Shown here one piece after another: positions 1 to 12,180 of a stretch of DNA of 64,000 nucleotides. Position 1 is the stretch's first letter. Every line of letters begins with the position of its first letter. The stretch spans positions 238,703-302,702 of the forward strand of contig JAAOMT010000436.1 in NCBI GenBank assembly GCA_016748015.1, read 5' to 3'. A program made the position numbers and the translations under genes. The stretch is from Geosiphon pyriformis uo1 (lineage: Eukaryota; Fungi; Glomeromycota). The notes beneath the pieces were generated by a model, which saw nothing but the letters and a program-made list of their open reading frames with translations, had not been told where the DNA came from and ran no database searches.

Positions 1-1114
1 AGCCGATATTTCCTTCATAACGACCTATCTGGATTTGAAGCCTGGATCTATAGTTTTGGAATCGGGTATGCCATTAGGGGAATACATCAAAAAATGACAA
101 GGCTGCTTTACTATAATCCTCAAAATGAGTTTTTTTTCTATGATTGGAACCGATTAATTAGGGACGGGGAGTGGATCGATATCCCATTCGTTAGCTCGAA
201 CGGTTGCTCCTCATGGCCACATCTATACATTTGAGTATCATGAAGAAAGGACCAAGATCGCCAGGTGCTTTATTCAGTTTTCTGCTAGAGGTCACTCCAC
301 ATGTACTGATCATATCGTGTAATACTGATTGTGACCTTTCAGACAGGAATTCCATGACCATGGGTTATCTGACCTTATTACTCTAGAATGCCGGGATGTT
401 TGCAAAAATGGCTTTGGAAAAAGCGACCTTGTACACGCTGGTAAGGGGTTTTATACTAAAGGTGATATCAAAGGATTTTGAATAAGTTGGCTCATTGATG
501 AACTTTATTCTGGGCTTGGCTGCCTCTAGTTTTTCTAGATCTGCCTGCCCCCTGGGATGCTATCCCTTTCGCAAAGGAAGCATTCAAGGTAGCTACCATT
601 TTATATAGCTTATTGATCCTGCAAAGTAATAATGCTCTGAATAACATTAATAAATTTATATATATATATAGAGGAGTCGGACCGGCAAGATCTGTTGCTT
701 TAGTCCTTGTATTGAACAAGTACAACGAACATGTACGTCGTTGAATGAAAATGGATTTGTTGGTGAATAATGCATTTCTTTAACTTTTACAACCTTAGCG
801 TGCCCGTATTCATTGTATTTTCTTACCTAGAAATAAAAATGTTCGAATGTCTGGTTCGCCACCATGAAGTAAAAACAATACCAATATACACAGTTGCAGA
901 CGCCGTGGAAAGTATTAAAGCTCAGCAAGCCAAAAAACGTAAACGCAAAGGACACGACGACGAAGTAGAATCTATTTCAGAAATTAAAACCAACGTCGAA
1001 ACAAGGAAAGATCCACCTAATCTGTATGTTTCCAAGACTCCAAATGAGACTAAAGGCCATACTAGTTATATGACATTTGCTACCTTTCTTCCCGTGTTGA
1101 ATGATGAGCAGTGA
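1..1114 (+). CDS. TRM61: tRNA (adenine-58-N1)-methyltransferase catalytic subunit, multi-exon, 5' part outside window
   Basis: Spliced translation gives ADISFITTYLDLKPGSIVLESG|TGSGSISHSLARTVAPHGHIYTFEYH, VFLDLPAPW, CCFSPCIEQV and GHTSYMTFA, which are GCD14/TRM61 family motifs. Short GT-AG introns; stop at 1112-1114. Confidence 0.93.
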
Positions 1115-1283
1115 AGTAATTAAATTTCAAAATGGAAAATCCTTTTAATTTCTGTAAGTTGGTCTAGCGCCGACTTTTATAATTTTATTAAAAACTTTAA
1201 ATTTTTGAATGAAAACTTTTCCCAGGAAATTTTGTATGTCTCAGCAAATTGCAATTTGAGCACCAAAGCCTAATCGCTGGGAA

Positions 1284-3285
1284 CTAATCCTTTGAGGAGA
1301 GAGCGGTGACTCCTGGTAATTCTTTTCCTAGTTATATAAAGGAAGTTAGCACACCCATGGACAAATTCAAGTCTGGTAAATTAAGTTTACCTTCCAGTAA
1401 CTCGAGAGAGGCTCCACCACCCGTAGATACGTGTGAAACTTTATCCTCAGCACCCCACTTAGCTGCTGCTGTTGCTGTATCCCCACCACCAATAATAGTC
1501 GTCGCTCCATTTTGAGTTGCTTGAATCACTGCATCTAGGGCATATTTGGTACCCCCGGCAAATTTTTCAAACTCGAACACCCCGCTCGGACTATATAAAA
1601 TAGATTTTTTCAATGTGAATATGTAGGATACAGCAACAAATAGATATAACATATTGATTACCCACCCGTTCCACAGGATAGTCTTCGATTTTAAAATTGT
1701 TTCCTTGAAAAGTATATTTGATTTCTCACCAGAATCAAGGCCAAACCATCCATCCGGAATACCGGTTCCATCAGTGGCATAGCCCGTCTACGAGTAAAAA
1801 TTAATTAGTTTCCTGAAAATGCATTAAATTCAGAATTGATATTTTATTGCATACGTTGGCATCCTTGTCAAATTTATCTGCGGTGATATAATCAACCGGA
1901 AAAACCAATTCTACGTTCTTGCTCTTAGCCTTGTCCACCAAATGATCAACATTTTCGGCCCCGTCTTTATCAAACAAGGAATTTCCAATCTAAAATGACT
2001 TAATGAATCAATTCTATATATTTTACACTAAAATTGATGATGTCTTGACTGACCTTAACATGATGTAAAATCTGCTTGAATGTAAAAGCCATCCCTCCTG
2101 TTTGTCACAAGATTCCATATACCAAAATAGAGTCATTAATTTATACCAATGAATTCAATCATAAAAATCATTTAATGGAAACTCACCAGTGATAATCATT
2201 GAATCTACTTTGTCCAGAAGATTGTCAATCAATTGAATTTTATCAGATACCTTGGCCCTAAGAGAATATGAATTATTTGCTGATCGTTGATTTTTGAACC
2301 TATAAAACTATGCTAAACCCTACCCTCCAAGTATAGCTAAGAATGGCCTTTCAGGATTTTCCAATGCTTTGGCAAAATAATCCAATTCCTTTTTCAACAA
2401 GAAACCCGCGGCACGAATCTCAAGATTAACGCCCACCATGGAGCTATGAGCCCGATGAGCTGTCCCAAAGGCATCATTGATATAGATATCCCCTAGTTTT
2501 GAAAGTGACTCACGGAATTGTGCAACACTTTCTGGGGAAGCTTTTATCTTGATTTAGAAGAAAAGTCCTCTCAATCAAAAAGATATATGATACTTTAATT
2601 GAATTCTGGTATCTAAGGATTATATACCTTTTTCCCTTGGTCATCTTTAGTGGAACCTTCCTCCTCAATGTGAAACCGAAGATTCTCGAGTAGGATCACT
2701 TGCCCTAGAAGAATCATGGTTAGTTGAAGCGATAATAATAAATATTTTCTAAATTCTCGAATTAAATCAAATCTGACCTCCAGTTGCATTTTGAGCTGCT
2801 TTCTCAACTTCCGGCCCCACACAATCATTCAAAAACAATATATCTTTTCCGATCAATCGACCGACCTCTTCAGCTACGGGTTTAAGAGAATATTTTGGAT
2901 TCGGCTTCCCGTTTGGACGGTCAAGATGGGACATAAGGATCACAGCCTTGGCGCCTATGAACCGAATTATGATAATATTTAGATAAACCGAAAAAAATTT
3001 AAAATCATTTTCGTCCTAAAAACAATTGGCCATATACCATGTTCCAGAGCGTACTTAATAGTCGGCAGAGCAGCCACAATACGTTGATTATTTGAAATTT
3101 TCCCTTCTTGAAAGGGAACGTTGAAGTCAACGCTAAGATAAAGTGATCTTTTCACATTGATACTTGACGGGCTCGATATTATGTAATTATGAGGTATATT
3201 TTAAGCAATACCGAATAAGGACACGCTTGCCCTTTAAATCGACGTCCTGGATAGATAATTTGTTACTGAGCGAGGTTTTTGGCAT
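1284..3285 (-). CDS. PGK1: Phosphoglycerate kinase, multi-exon
   Basis: Starts [25 protein letters not shown]|VDFNVP and contains [43 protein letters not shown] and [15 protein letters not shown]; ends [13 protein letters not shown]. Confidence 0.98.
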
Positions 3286-3579
3286 GATAGTAAAGCTATT
3301 AGTTGCTGAATTTCTGAGGTGAGTTCTTTTAAGATTTACGATGATATTATACTTTTTTTTTGATTATCAATATGATTCAACGGATTTACGATCGGAAATA
3401 AAATGAGCTATCTGCACTGCCAAAAAGAAATTAGAACCAAATTTTCCGTCAAGATTGTCAAGGCGGAACATTGAACACTTGATTTATAGAATGGTCAAAA
3501 TTTTACTCAGATGATTCAGCTATTGAACATCATGGCTTCGTAATCAGTGTTATGCAAAGGGGACTCAAAGAACAACCTG

Positions 3580-3598
3580 CTGTCTCTTATACACATCT
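3580..3598 (+). other. Exact Tn5 mosaic end / Nextera adapter CTGTCTCTTATACACATCT (probable library artefact)
   Basis: 19/19 match to the synthetic Tn5 mosaic-end sequence. Confidence 0.95.
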
Positions 3599-4320
3599 AG
3601 CCGATGAAAAGATTTGGTAATCAATAAAAATATTAATCAGTTGCTTAGGTTGAAATCGTGAAAATAAATACTCCACCTTTTTCTCTTCTCACCTCCCTTC
3701 TTCCAAATGTTTTCTCGGATATAATATTTTAATATTTTATAAATTAAAAAAAAACCTTATGTTAATAGATTTTAATTCATTTTTACAGTTAAAATTTTCT
3801 AAGTAAATAAATTATTTATTTAAAATTACACTATTAAATTATTGTGTAAATAATATATTGTTTTTATTAATGATATTAAAACCATGAAGTGTGGCCTAAC
3901 CGCTATCTACAGACATAAAATGAAAATAGACGTGACCAGCCACCCGAAAAACCATATATATATTAAAAAAATCAAAATTAATTTCTTTAATTATATGTAA
4001 AATATAAATTAGATTTGCAAAAGACTATAAATATTAAATATTTTCAAGTTTAATATTTTGAAATTAATAATTATTAAAAACATAAACAATAGTTAATTAA
4101 ATATATTTGCCAATAAATCTCAACTTGAGAATTTTCAAAAAGGAATTGAAACCTTTGCCTAAGTTTTACAACTTTATCCAACATTCTAGAAACTGAGATT
4201 GTAACATATCTGATCTTTCATTTTTGAAATTGTGTTTTTACAAAGCAAGGGCCTGTTATTATTAAATTGCTAATCTCATATTTCTGCGTGATTGAACCAA
4301 AATAAGACCGTTACTCTTCT

Positions 4321-6247
4321 TCATAAACCTTCTAACAATGGATAAAAAACCGGGGTATCTAATGATCGTAATGCCTCAAAATCATTTTTCAAGATCTGAG
4401 ATTCGTTGCACGCGAGCTTCAAAACTCGGCAAATATCACGTAGCTTTTCCTTTAACGTAGTCGAAGTATCGGTTGAGATGTCTATTGAAATTAAAAATAT
4501 CAAGTACAGGAATTCATTCATTCTAAATTTGTCTGGTCATGATGGGATAAATTCAACTTACCATTGAGCTCAAGTGCCCTCACGCGACACCAAGATGTTG
4601 CCACACTTTTCAGAATCGCACCTTCATATCTTGGGATCCTATGAAATGGAAAAGTAGCAAAAGCATCTCGAAAGTAAATATTTTGATGATCAATAAAGCT
4701 TTAGTTTCAAAGCAAAAACAACCTGGGCCAACATGTCGAAATAATCTTCTGGAAAGCCGTTGCTGAAGTAATTTGTAACTCCAAGATTTCGGCATTGTTC
4801 GGAAAATCGATCGGGACCTCCAATGTGGCACATAATATTTTCGTCAATTCCTAAAAAAAAGAAAGCTGTATAAGAAGGGATCTCAACAAATGCGAGGTTA
4901 AATTTAGTGACCAACACCTGCAAATATTTGACTATCACAATCCCCAAGATATCAGTCAATATGGGTAGCTGATCCAATAATACTTTGCGTATTGAAATTT
5001 TATCGCCTGCAAAGATTAATCCTTTGATAACATGTTCATCCAAGACCTTTTCGAATCTTGTGTGGATTTCCTTATCATTGGATGGATCGACCAAAGGTAT
5101 CAATTTAATCATAGCCGAGAAACTGGTTTTTAAAAGATTAAGATGACTTTCTTCACTTCGATATGTTAAACAAGCTAGTAAGGTCTAAAAGGATGAAATT
5201 GACGAGAGAGTTGAAGCCATCGTTGATAAAAGGGCAAAAAATAGTATGAAGTTGTAGTTGGGATCAACCTGATAAAATACTTTGCCCAACCCCATTCGTT
5301 GCATCACCGTTGAATTTACTTCTTTTAAGAGATGGTCAAGTATAGATACTCCGTAAATTTTGAATTTGATATTATAATCATCAATAAGGCATAATATGGA
5401 TGGAACTACGAGGCCAATCATTGGTTCAAGTTCAGGGTTCTATAAAATCACTACTTTCTTAAGCAAAAATGAACTGATAACCAGAGACTTGAAGAAATTT
5501 TATTGATTTACCTTAGCATTCAAAATACACCATTGTAATATGCTTGCAGCCTGAAGAACTTGCAAACGCAATTCCTCCTCATTTTCAATAAAGTGAAAAA
5601 ATCGTCCTGATGAAGCCGACGGAGAAGGCGTTTGACCTTTTTTAACGCCAGTGCTCCCGAAATATCGAACAAAACAAGGCCTAACAAATCTTTCTAAAAT
5701 CTTGAGAGTGTAAATTTGCACCAGTCGTGACAGACTAGGGAATCGTTTGGGCTGAAGTAAAGTCAGAGTGTGAAGGATATCTGCAAACGAATAAGTCAAC
5801 CATCTGGTTGGATTTTATTGTTTTCGTAATTATTACACTTTTGAGAAACTATGGCGAGTCTTGACCGTTTGCAAATCGCTTTAGCTCTAAATCGAGCCGT
5901 ACGCCATCAAAGGCGATAAAAGCTCCACATGAGAAAATTAACAGTTGCAAAATTTCATCATCAAGTAATTTCTTTCTCGTCTCATTTTGAACGTGCTCTT
6001 CAACAAAATTTTTGAGGAGACTCTTCATTGAAAGAAAAGTCAATTTCGCCTCTGTTTGAAATATCTTGGCTTTTATCAAAAGATCTGGGTCTAGGGGAAA
6101 GGTTATAGATAGAGATTAGTGGATTTTAACAAAGTGGCAATAATTTCGATAGAAATTTTTACCAGTCTCGTATCCTTCGCTATAAAAATAAGTCGGTATT
6201 CGAAGAGAGTAGCAAGCAGCTTGGATTGCCTCTTCGATGTTTCCCAT
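4321..6247 (-). CDS. TTI2: TEL2-interacting protein 2 (TTT complex HEAT-repeat subunit), multi-exon
   Basis: Exons encode LVVPSILCLIDDYNIKFKIYGVSILDHLL, MQRMGLGKVFYQ|TLLACLTY and LDQLPILTDILGIVIVKYLQ, matching the Tti2 family pattern. Probable ATG at 6247 (MGNIEEAIQ). Exon boundaries are approximate. Confidence 0.75.
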
Positions 6248-6509
6248 AACAAACAGTTGCTTTGACAGCCGGAGAATAAAGTCTTTAAGACAGCTAAGCT
6301 GAAAATATTTGCCGAGTAATTGATAAATAAAAATAATAATCAATAATTAATAGTGGGTTATCAATAAAACTACTTAGTAATACATATCAGGTTCGAAATC
6401 GTGACAATACATACCTTATCTCCTTTTTTCCTATTTCACCTTTCCTTTTTCCCAAAGTAACTTCCCAAAATGCAACGATTACCACCGCGCCACCACCTCT
6501 GCTTCCAAG

Positions 6510-6909
6510 AAATTTTTCTGTCCCCGTCTCTAGCGCCAAGCAAAAAGAGCATCTCAGGTGACAAAAGTGACTCCTCCTTTCTCGATTTCCAACCTACGAA
6601 CTTTCAGCGCTGTCCATTCAGGTTTCAATTTCAAACGACAGGGACTTAAAGATTTATCTGAACGGGAAATTCGCTGGGTCAATAGTTATGGTTACCCATC
6701 GCGGCCGTCTCTGCTGCTTTGCCTTCGACCTCCTTCAATCCGTCTCCCTCCCTTCAGCAAAACTCGTGATGCTCTTCGAGCACGAACTTTCAGGATATCT
6801 TATTATCTACAAAATGCAAGGACGGCGAGTGGGTAGAGAGCGCCAGGACAAGCAAAAAGCGCAAAACGAAAACCAGGACGACAGCACGAGACGAAATTAT
6901 TATACATAA
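6510..6909 (+). pseudogene. tnpA: IS607 TnpA serine recombinase remnant
   Basis: Across frames: ..VSSAKQKEHLR*QK*LLLSRFPTYEL.., ..VHSGFNFKRQGLKDLSER.., ..VTHRGRLCCFAFDLLQ..KLVML..ELS.. These correspond to the IS607 motifs YARVSSxKQxxDLxRQ, DxGSGLNFKRxGL and VVxHRDRLCRFxFxL. Confidence 0.82.
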
Positions 6910-6989
6910 TACACAGCTACCACAAGGTACGCCAGCACATCCAGTCAGATAGGATCATTTTTATATCTTGTATCTTCACACTTCGTCAA

Positions 6990-7640
6990 TGCTTCTTAAA
7001 AAAATTTCTACAACTAGATTTTTATATAATAAAGATAAACGCGTACTACGGCCTCTCCACTTCGAAACTAAACGCAGAAACAATAAGTGGCCTTACATAT
7101 TCGAAAAACCAACGAATGGACATTTTCTTGAGTTTATGCGAAGCAAAGAAAAGTCAGTGAAAATCAAGTTGACAGCAGTCTCCTTTGACCCTGGCGTTCG
7201 TAAGCTCTGGTGACCTCGGACGAATTGTTCACCTGTGTAAAGCATATGGATGACCTATTCGAAAAATTCAAACTGGCTCTATTTCAAAGCGTAAATAACG
7301 CAGAGGCTGGTGACTCGACAAAGCCGTCCCGCACATATGACGAAGGATTATGAGTCTGCCGAGTGAAACCCACAGAAAGGCGATCGTGTTCTTCACTTGC
7401 GAGTTTGATGCAATCGTTATCTCGTCGTTTGAGATGTTAAACATGACAAATTGTAAGATGAGAAGAATTACATGAAAGACTCCGGAAAATCCTCGTCTGG
7501 GCACATTACCATTTCCGTCAAAGTTTGATCCCTAAGGCCGAGGAATTAGGAGTGCATGGTAAAATAAAAAGCTTCAGTTTACAATTGCGAATATAGATAA
7601 AAATAGCACTCGAGGGATCCTCCTCCGAGGCATTGCTTAA
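6990..7640 (+). pseudogene. tnpB: TnpB/Fanzor2-like RNA-guided nuclease remnant
   Basis: RuvC-I AVSFDPGVR (D at 7187), then GDLGRIVHLC/KHMDDL, then ETHRKAIVFFTCEFDAIVISSFEM (RuvC-II E at 7431), KILVWAHYHFRQSLIPKAEELGVH, and RuvC-III-like DKNSTRGILLR (7596-7630). The zinc finger is largely deleted. Confidence 0.85.
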
Positions 7641-8467
7641 TTGGGGCCTTGAAGGTTAGGAAATATATATTGCCATATTCATTGACGATCTCATCATCGC
7701 TGTGATGTCACGCGAGTTACAGTTATTTCTTGGCCTGAAAGTATCAATTTTCAACTTTATTTTTTTGACATTTGGAAAATTTTAGACAATTCAATAATGT
7801 GCATTTATATTATTGTTTTCATAAAAATTTAAATTTATTATAGTTTTATAAAATTAATTATTTTCAAATACAATATAATAATAATTTTAAAAATATAAGT
7901 AATTTTAAATTTTAAATTTATTAAAAACAATATTAAATGGACACAAAATTAGTTATATAATGTAAATTTTAATAACAATAACAATAAAAGATTTCCAACA
8001 AGTTTACTAATTATTAAACTTAATATATTTAAAGATGTACAAAATTTTTAGTTAACAGAAGAAAATGTTGCCCACGTATTTTAAAAATCATTGTAGTTTT
8101 GTGCTATTTACAACATTGTCTAATAATTACTGGAAAATTTTTCATTTTCGAATTTTAATTTGACTTGCAGGAAATCTGGTATTACTAAATCACAATCGTC
8201 ACTATGATCAATCGAAAACAATTCATAACCAATAATCTGGCAATTATTCTAGGATTTTTGACTACTTTATGCGTTTGGTTATCAGTGCTCAATCAAAATC
8301 TTGTTTGGACAATATGTGAGAAAATACATGATATCAATAAATAAATGCGCATATAAGTCGTCCGTGGGATATTCATAAATCCTGTACAATTAACAAAGGT
8401 TTAGTACCAGAATGATTAACTCCCAACCATTGTAAGAGAAAATGTGAAAACGCCACAAAACTTTTTA

Positions 8468-9924
8468 TCAAGTGTCCCACTCCCCTCCTGCTGTTGCTGT
8501 TGCTGTTGCTATTGCTGTTGCTGTTGTTGCTGGCGGTTCTTGTGGGACAGGAGCCCATTCTTGTAGGACAGCCTCTTTTTGCACAGGAGAAGTAGGACCA
8601 ATTGGGAGATCTTGAGGTGTTCCTTGGAAATCCTGAGAGGTAGGATGTGAAATGGGGTTTTCTTCTTTCGGATCCTACAATTTTATTTATAGAAATGATA
8701 TAAATTTAAATGAATTTTTTCCTATTAATCAAATAATCAAAAACAATCTAATATATGTATATTTACCATCACAGTAACCAAATCAGGAATAGGATTTTTA
8801 GGACCAGCTTTACCGGTTGGATCCCACTCCTATTATTTTCAATATCAAAAAAATAGGAAATTAAATTTAATCGAATCAAAGCTAATTCACGGTGAAATTT
8901 AAATACTTGCCAGCATTATTTTGACTTTGATGCCCAACACCCCTTGTCTCAACATAACATGCCTGACTGAAGTGTCTACGTAATCACGGATTGGTTGACC
9001 AGAGTGAATCATGAATCCGTCAACAAATTTCATAGATTTTGCGCGAGCCGCTCTAAGTTTTCCAGATACCACAACTTCACATCCTTTGGCCCCAGATTCC
9101 ATGATGAAACGAAGGACTCCATAGCAAGCTCTGATAAAATTGAGCAAGAATATAAAATTAAATGATGATGAGTGATAAAATGGAAATGTGTAACAATAAG
9201 GTAATATATTGAACTCCACCCACCTTCTTACTGCAAGACCAGCTAGTAACTTATAGCGAAGAGATTCGCATTGAGCGATAGCACATAAACCACGATTTTG
9301 TACTTTCTCAGCATATAATTCTACAGTGTTCTCAGGAAACTTGAATCTCTTCTGAATAAGAGCTGTAAGCTCACGAATTCGGCGTCCCCTTTCTCCAAGA
9401 ACTTCTTGAGTGTGAGTAGCCCTTATGATAAGCTCGGTACGCGCTGGAGTGACACGTACTTCAACTCCGGAGTAACCTTCCTCAGCCAGTTCGCGGGTAA
9501 AAAATTCATTAAGTTCGGCGAAAAAAACACCATCAGCAACGAACTATCAAGAATGACAAATCCCAGAGTGTACCATACCGATATTAAAAAAATATATATT
9601 AGATTAAAAGGTTTTGTTTGTCAAAAACATCCTCCCCCACATAAATGTATTGCCAATAAGAAAGTCCATTTGAAACTTAAAGTGGTTGTTTCAGGTTAAA
9701 CTTGATTTTTAGTACATTATGTTCTTCTATATGAAAACTAGAAGACATTCAAACAAGAGGTGCCAGATAAAAGGTATCATCATGTATCAACCAAACGAAG
9801 CCAAATAATCGACTTTTGGTAACAGAGAGCATGCAAAGTCTGCTTCTTTTTCTTTATATTTGCCTAAGCCAGCAAAAAATTTTAACAGCCTTACCTTTCT
9901 TTTTTTTGAGATCTGAGCTGCCAT
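8468..9924 (-). CDS. RPS3: 40S ribosomal protein S3 (uS3); exons 9924-9895, 9543-9224, 9130-8911, 8829-8767, 8674-8468 (279 aa)
   Basis: [10 protein letters not shown]|[30 protein letters not shown]...[23 protein letters not shown]...[12 protein letters not shown]|[11 protein letters not shown]. The exons sum to 840 nt in frame. Confidence 0.98.
9683..9793 (-). ncRNA. Intronic box C/D snoRNA, snR48/U60-like
   Basis: Box C ATGATGA (9783-9777), box D CTGA (9694-9691) and terminal stem TGGTTG/CAACCA. Guide TCTGGCACCTCT is complementary to the conserved LSU rRNA segment AGAGGUGCCAGA. It lies in the unusually long (351 nt) RPS3 intron 1. Confidence 0.82.
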
Positions 9925-10049
9925 TATTGAAATATATCGGAAAGGGAGGAAGAAAATTTTTTATGACTTTTAAATTGTTCAACTATGATGGCAACAATAT
10001 ATCATATGATATTATGAACTGCTGATTGGATGGCTACGTTTTTCAAATT

Positions 10050-12047
10050 TTTTGTTAAAACTATTATAATTTTTCAAGAAAACACAAACCTCGAAATATA
10101 TATATTTATTAAGAAGTAAAATACAACATAATTTTTTTTATTGCTTTAATTAAGTGTAGTTTTTTTATTGTCTACATATATAGCCTATATATATATTCAT
10201 GATAAGCAAAAACTATGGGTTAAAACCACTTTAATTAAAGCAATAAAAACAACTTAATAATTTTTATCTAAATAATGCATTTGTTAACAACTTTTTTATC
10301 TTAAACTATTTTATATAATTAAGTCTTAATGGCTTTTTTGTTTATTTTATTGGTATAATATGTTAAAAAAAACCAAGTTAGTTACAATTAATATTAATTT
10401 TTTGTTTTTGTTTTTTATAATAAAAAGCTTCAAAAAAATGTTTTTTTAACAAATTGTATAATATTTTTTAGAAAATAGTTTAATTTTAATAATTATATAT
10501 TATTATTAAAAATTTAGTTTATTTTTATAATTGCAATATATTTTTTAAATATAAATAATTGTGTAAGTAAATATTATAGATTTATTTGTAATTTTAATCT
10601 AAGTATTTACAAATAATTTCTATTTTTGCTAGTAAATAATTTTAAGTATAGTAATTTATATTTTAAAAAATTGCAATTAATTCAAAATTTAATTTAATAA
10701 GTATAATTTAATTATTATCTAATACAATATAATAATTAGGTATTTTAAATTAAATATAACTTATATGTTTTTTACATATAATTAGTTATTTGATTAATTA
10801 AGACAATATTATATAATTATAACAACCAAAATATTTTTATTGTCCAAAAATAAATAATAATAACAATACATTTTTTTATATTTAATAATGTGTTTATTAT
10901 TTTTTTTTGTTTTTTTAAAAACTAAAATAATCTATATATTTATATATATATTATAGTTAATAATTATATATAATAATATGTATTATTTAATAAAAATATT
11001 ATTATTGTTAAAAAAATTTCTAAATCTGTATTTTTTATTTGATAATAATAATATTAAAAAACAAAAAAAATATAACTTTAATTTCTATTTAGTTAAATTA
11101 ATTTTTAATATTAAATAATTTAATAAGTTAATTAGATAAAAACATACATAAAAACAGTTTTGTTTTTAAAATTAACAAAAATTAACATATTAAAGAATAT
11201 AATTAAAAATTAATTTAAACTAAAATTAATTAATATTTTTTTATTATTATTATTCAAAACAAAAGATATTTTTTTATTTATAATTATAATAAAACTAAAT
11301 ATTATGATAAATATTAATAATACACAAATAATAAAAAAGCCAAAAGAAATAAAAAAAATCAAAACTTTATTTTTTATTAAAAAAAACTGGATTTAAAACA
11401 TGAAATTATTAAAAACACCAGAAATAAGTTTTTTTTGTATTTTAAAAGAGTTATTATAAAATATAACAAATAATAAAAAGATTGTTTTATAATTGTTTTT
11501 GTTTTTTTAATTATTTAAACAATAATAAAAAAAATTTAGTTATCAATTTTTTATTAAAAATTTTTAAACTTTTAAAAAAAACCAAAATTATATTCAAATT
11601 ATTTTAAGTAAATTACTTTAATAAAACTTTAAAAAAAAAACTTTTAATTAAAAATAAAAAAATGTTTTTAAATTAATTAATTACTATTTTATTTAAAAAT
11701 AATATTTTTACAAAATATTAATAAGCAATTTTTATAATTACAAATATTTTATTAATAAAAATATTATTAATTGTTTTAAGTAATAAAAAATTTATTTTTT
11801 GTTTTAATTATAATTATAAAAATAAGAAAAACTTTTTTTTAAATTTATTTTTTATTAATATTATGCTATTAATATAATTAGTTAATATTTTTAAACTAAT
11901 TATCAATAATAATTTATTTTAATTAAATATTTTATATAAATATTTTTATAATAAATTTTTGGCTATTTTTAAATTTAAATCAGATTTTTTAATATTTAAA
12001 ATAATAATTAAAAAATATAATATTGTTTAAAAAATTTTATTATAATT
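10050..12047. other. Extremely AT-rich tract, probably hypermutated TE relic
   Basis: Almost devoid of G/C, with no ORF of 60 aa or more; marks the start of the TE block. Confidence 0.5.
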
Positions 12048-12180
12048 TTTTTTATTATTATCATTTAACAAGCGAGATCCAAACACTACCTAGAACTATA
12101 CATTAAAGAAATGATCTAAACTAGGTGTGAATCATGCACTGTCTACACGTGACCAGCTACTCGAGCCAGTCAGAACAACA

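Larger units (their letters stand above)
6470..7740 (+). mobile_element. Degenerate IS607-family element (tnpA serine recombinase + tnpB/Fanzor2); ends not resolved
   Basis: TnpA motifs followed directly by TnpB RuvC I/II/III motifs on the same strand, with many stops, frameshifts and deletions. Confidence 0.8.

Noticed and set aside
3580-3598. Natural Tn5 insertion
   Set aside because: Single synthetic mosaic end with no partner end, transposase or 9-bp duplication.
6968-7213. Functional mini-Fanzor
   Set aside because: Stop shortly after RuvC-I, multiple frameshifts and a deleted zinc finger; it is a pseudogene.
10050-12047. Organellar insertion or centromere
   Set aside because: No recognisable organellar gene or satellite; similar tracts in the window are eroded TEs. 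The origin remains unresolved.
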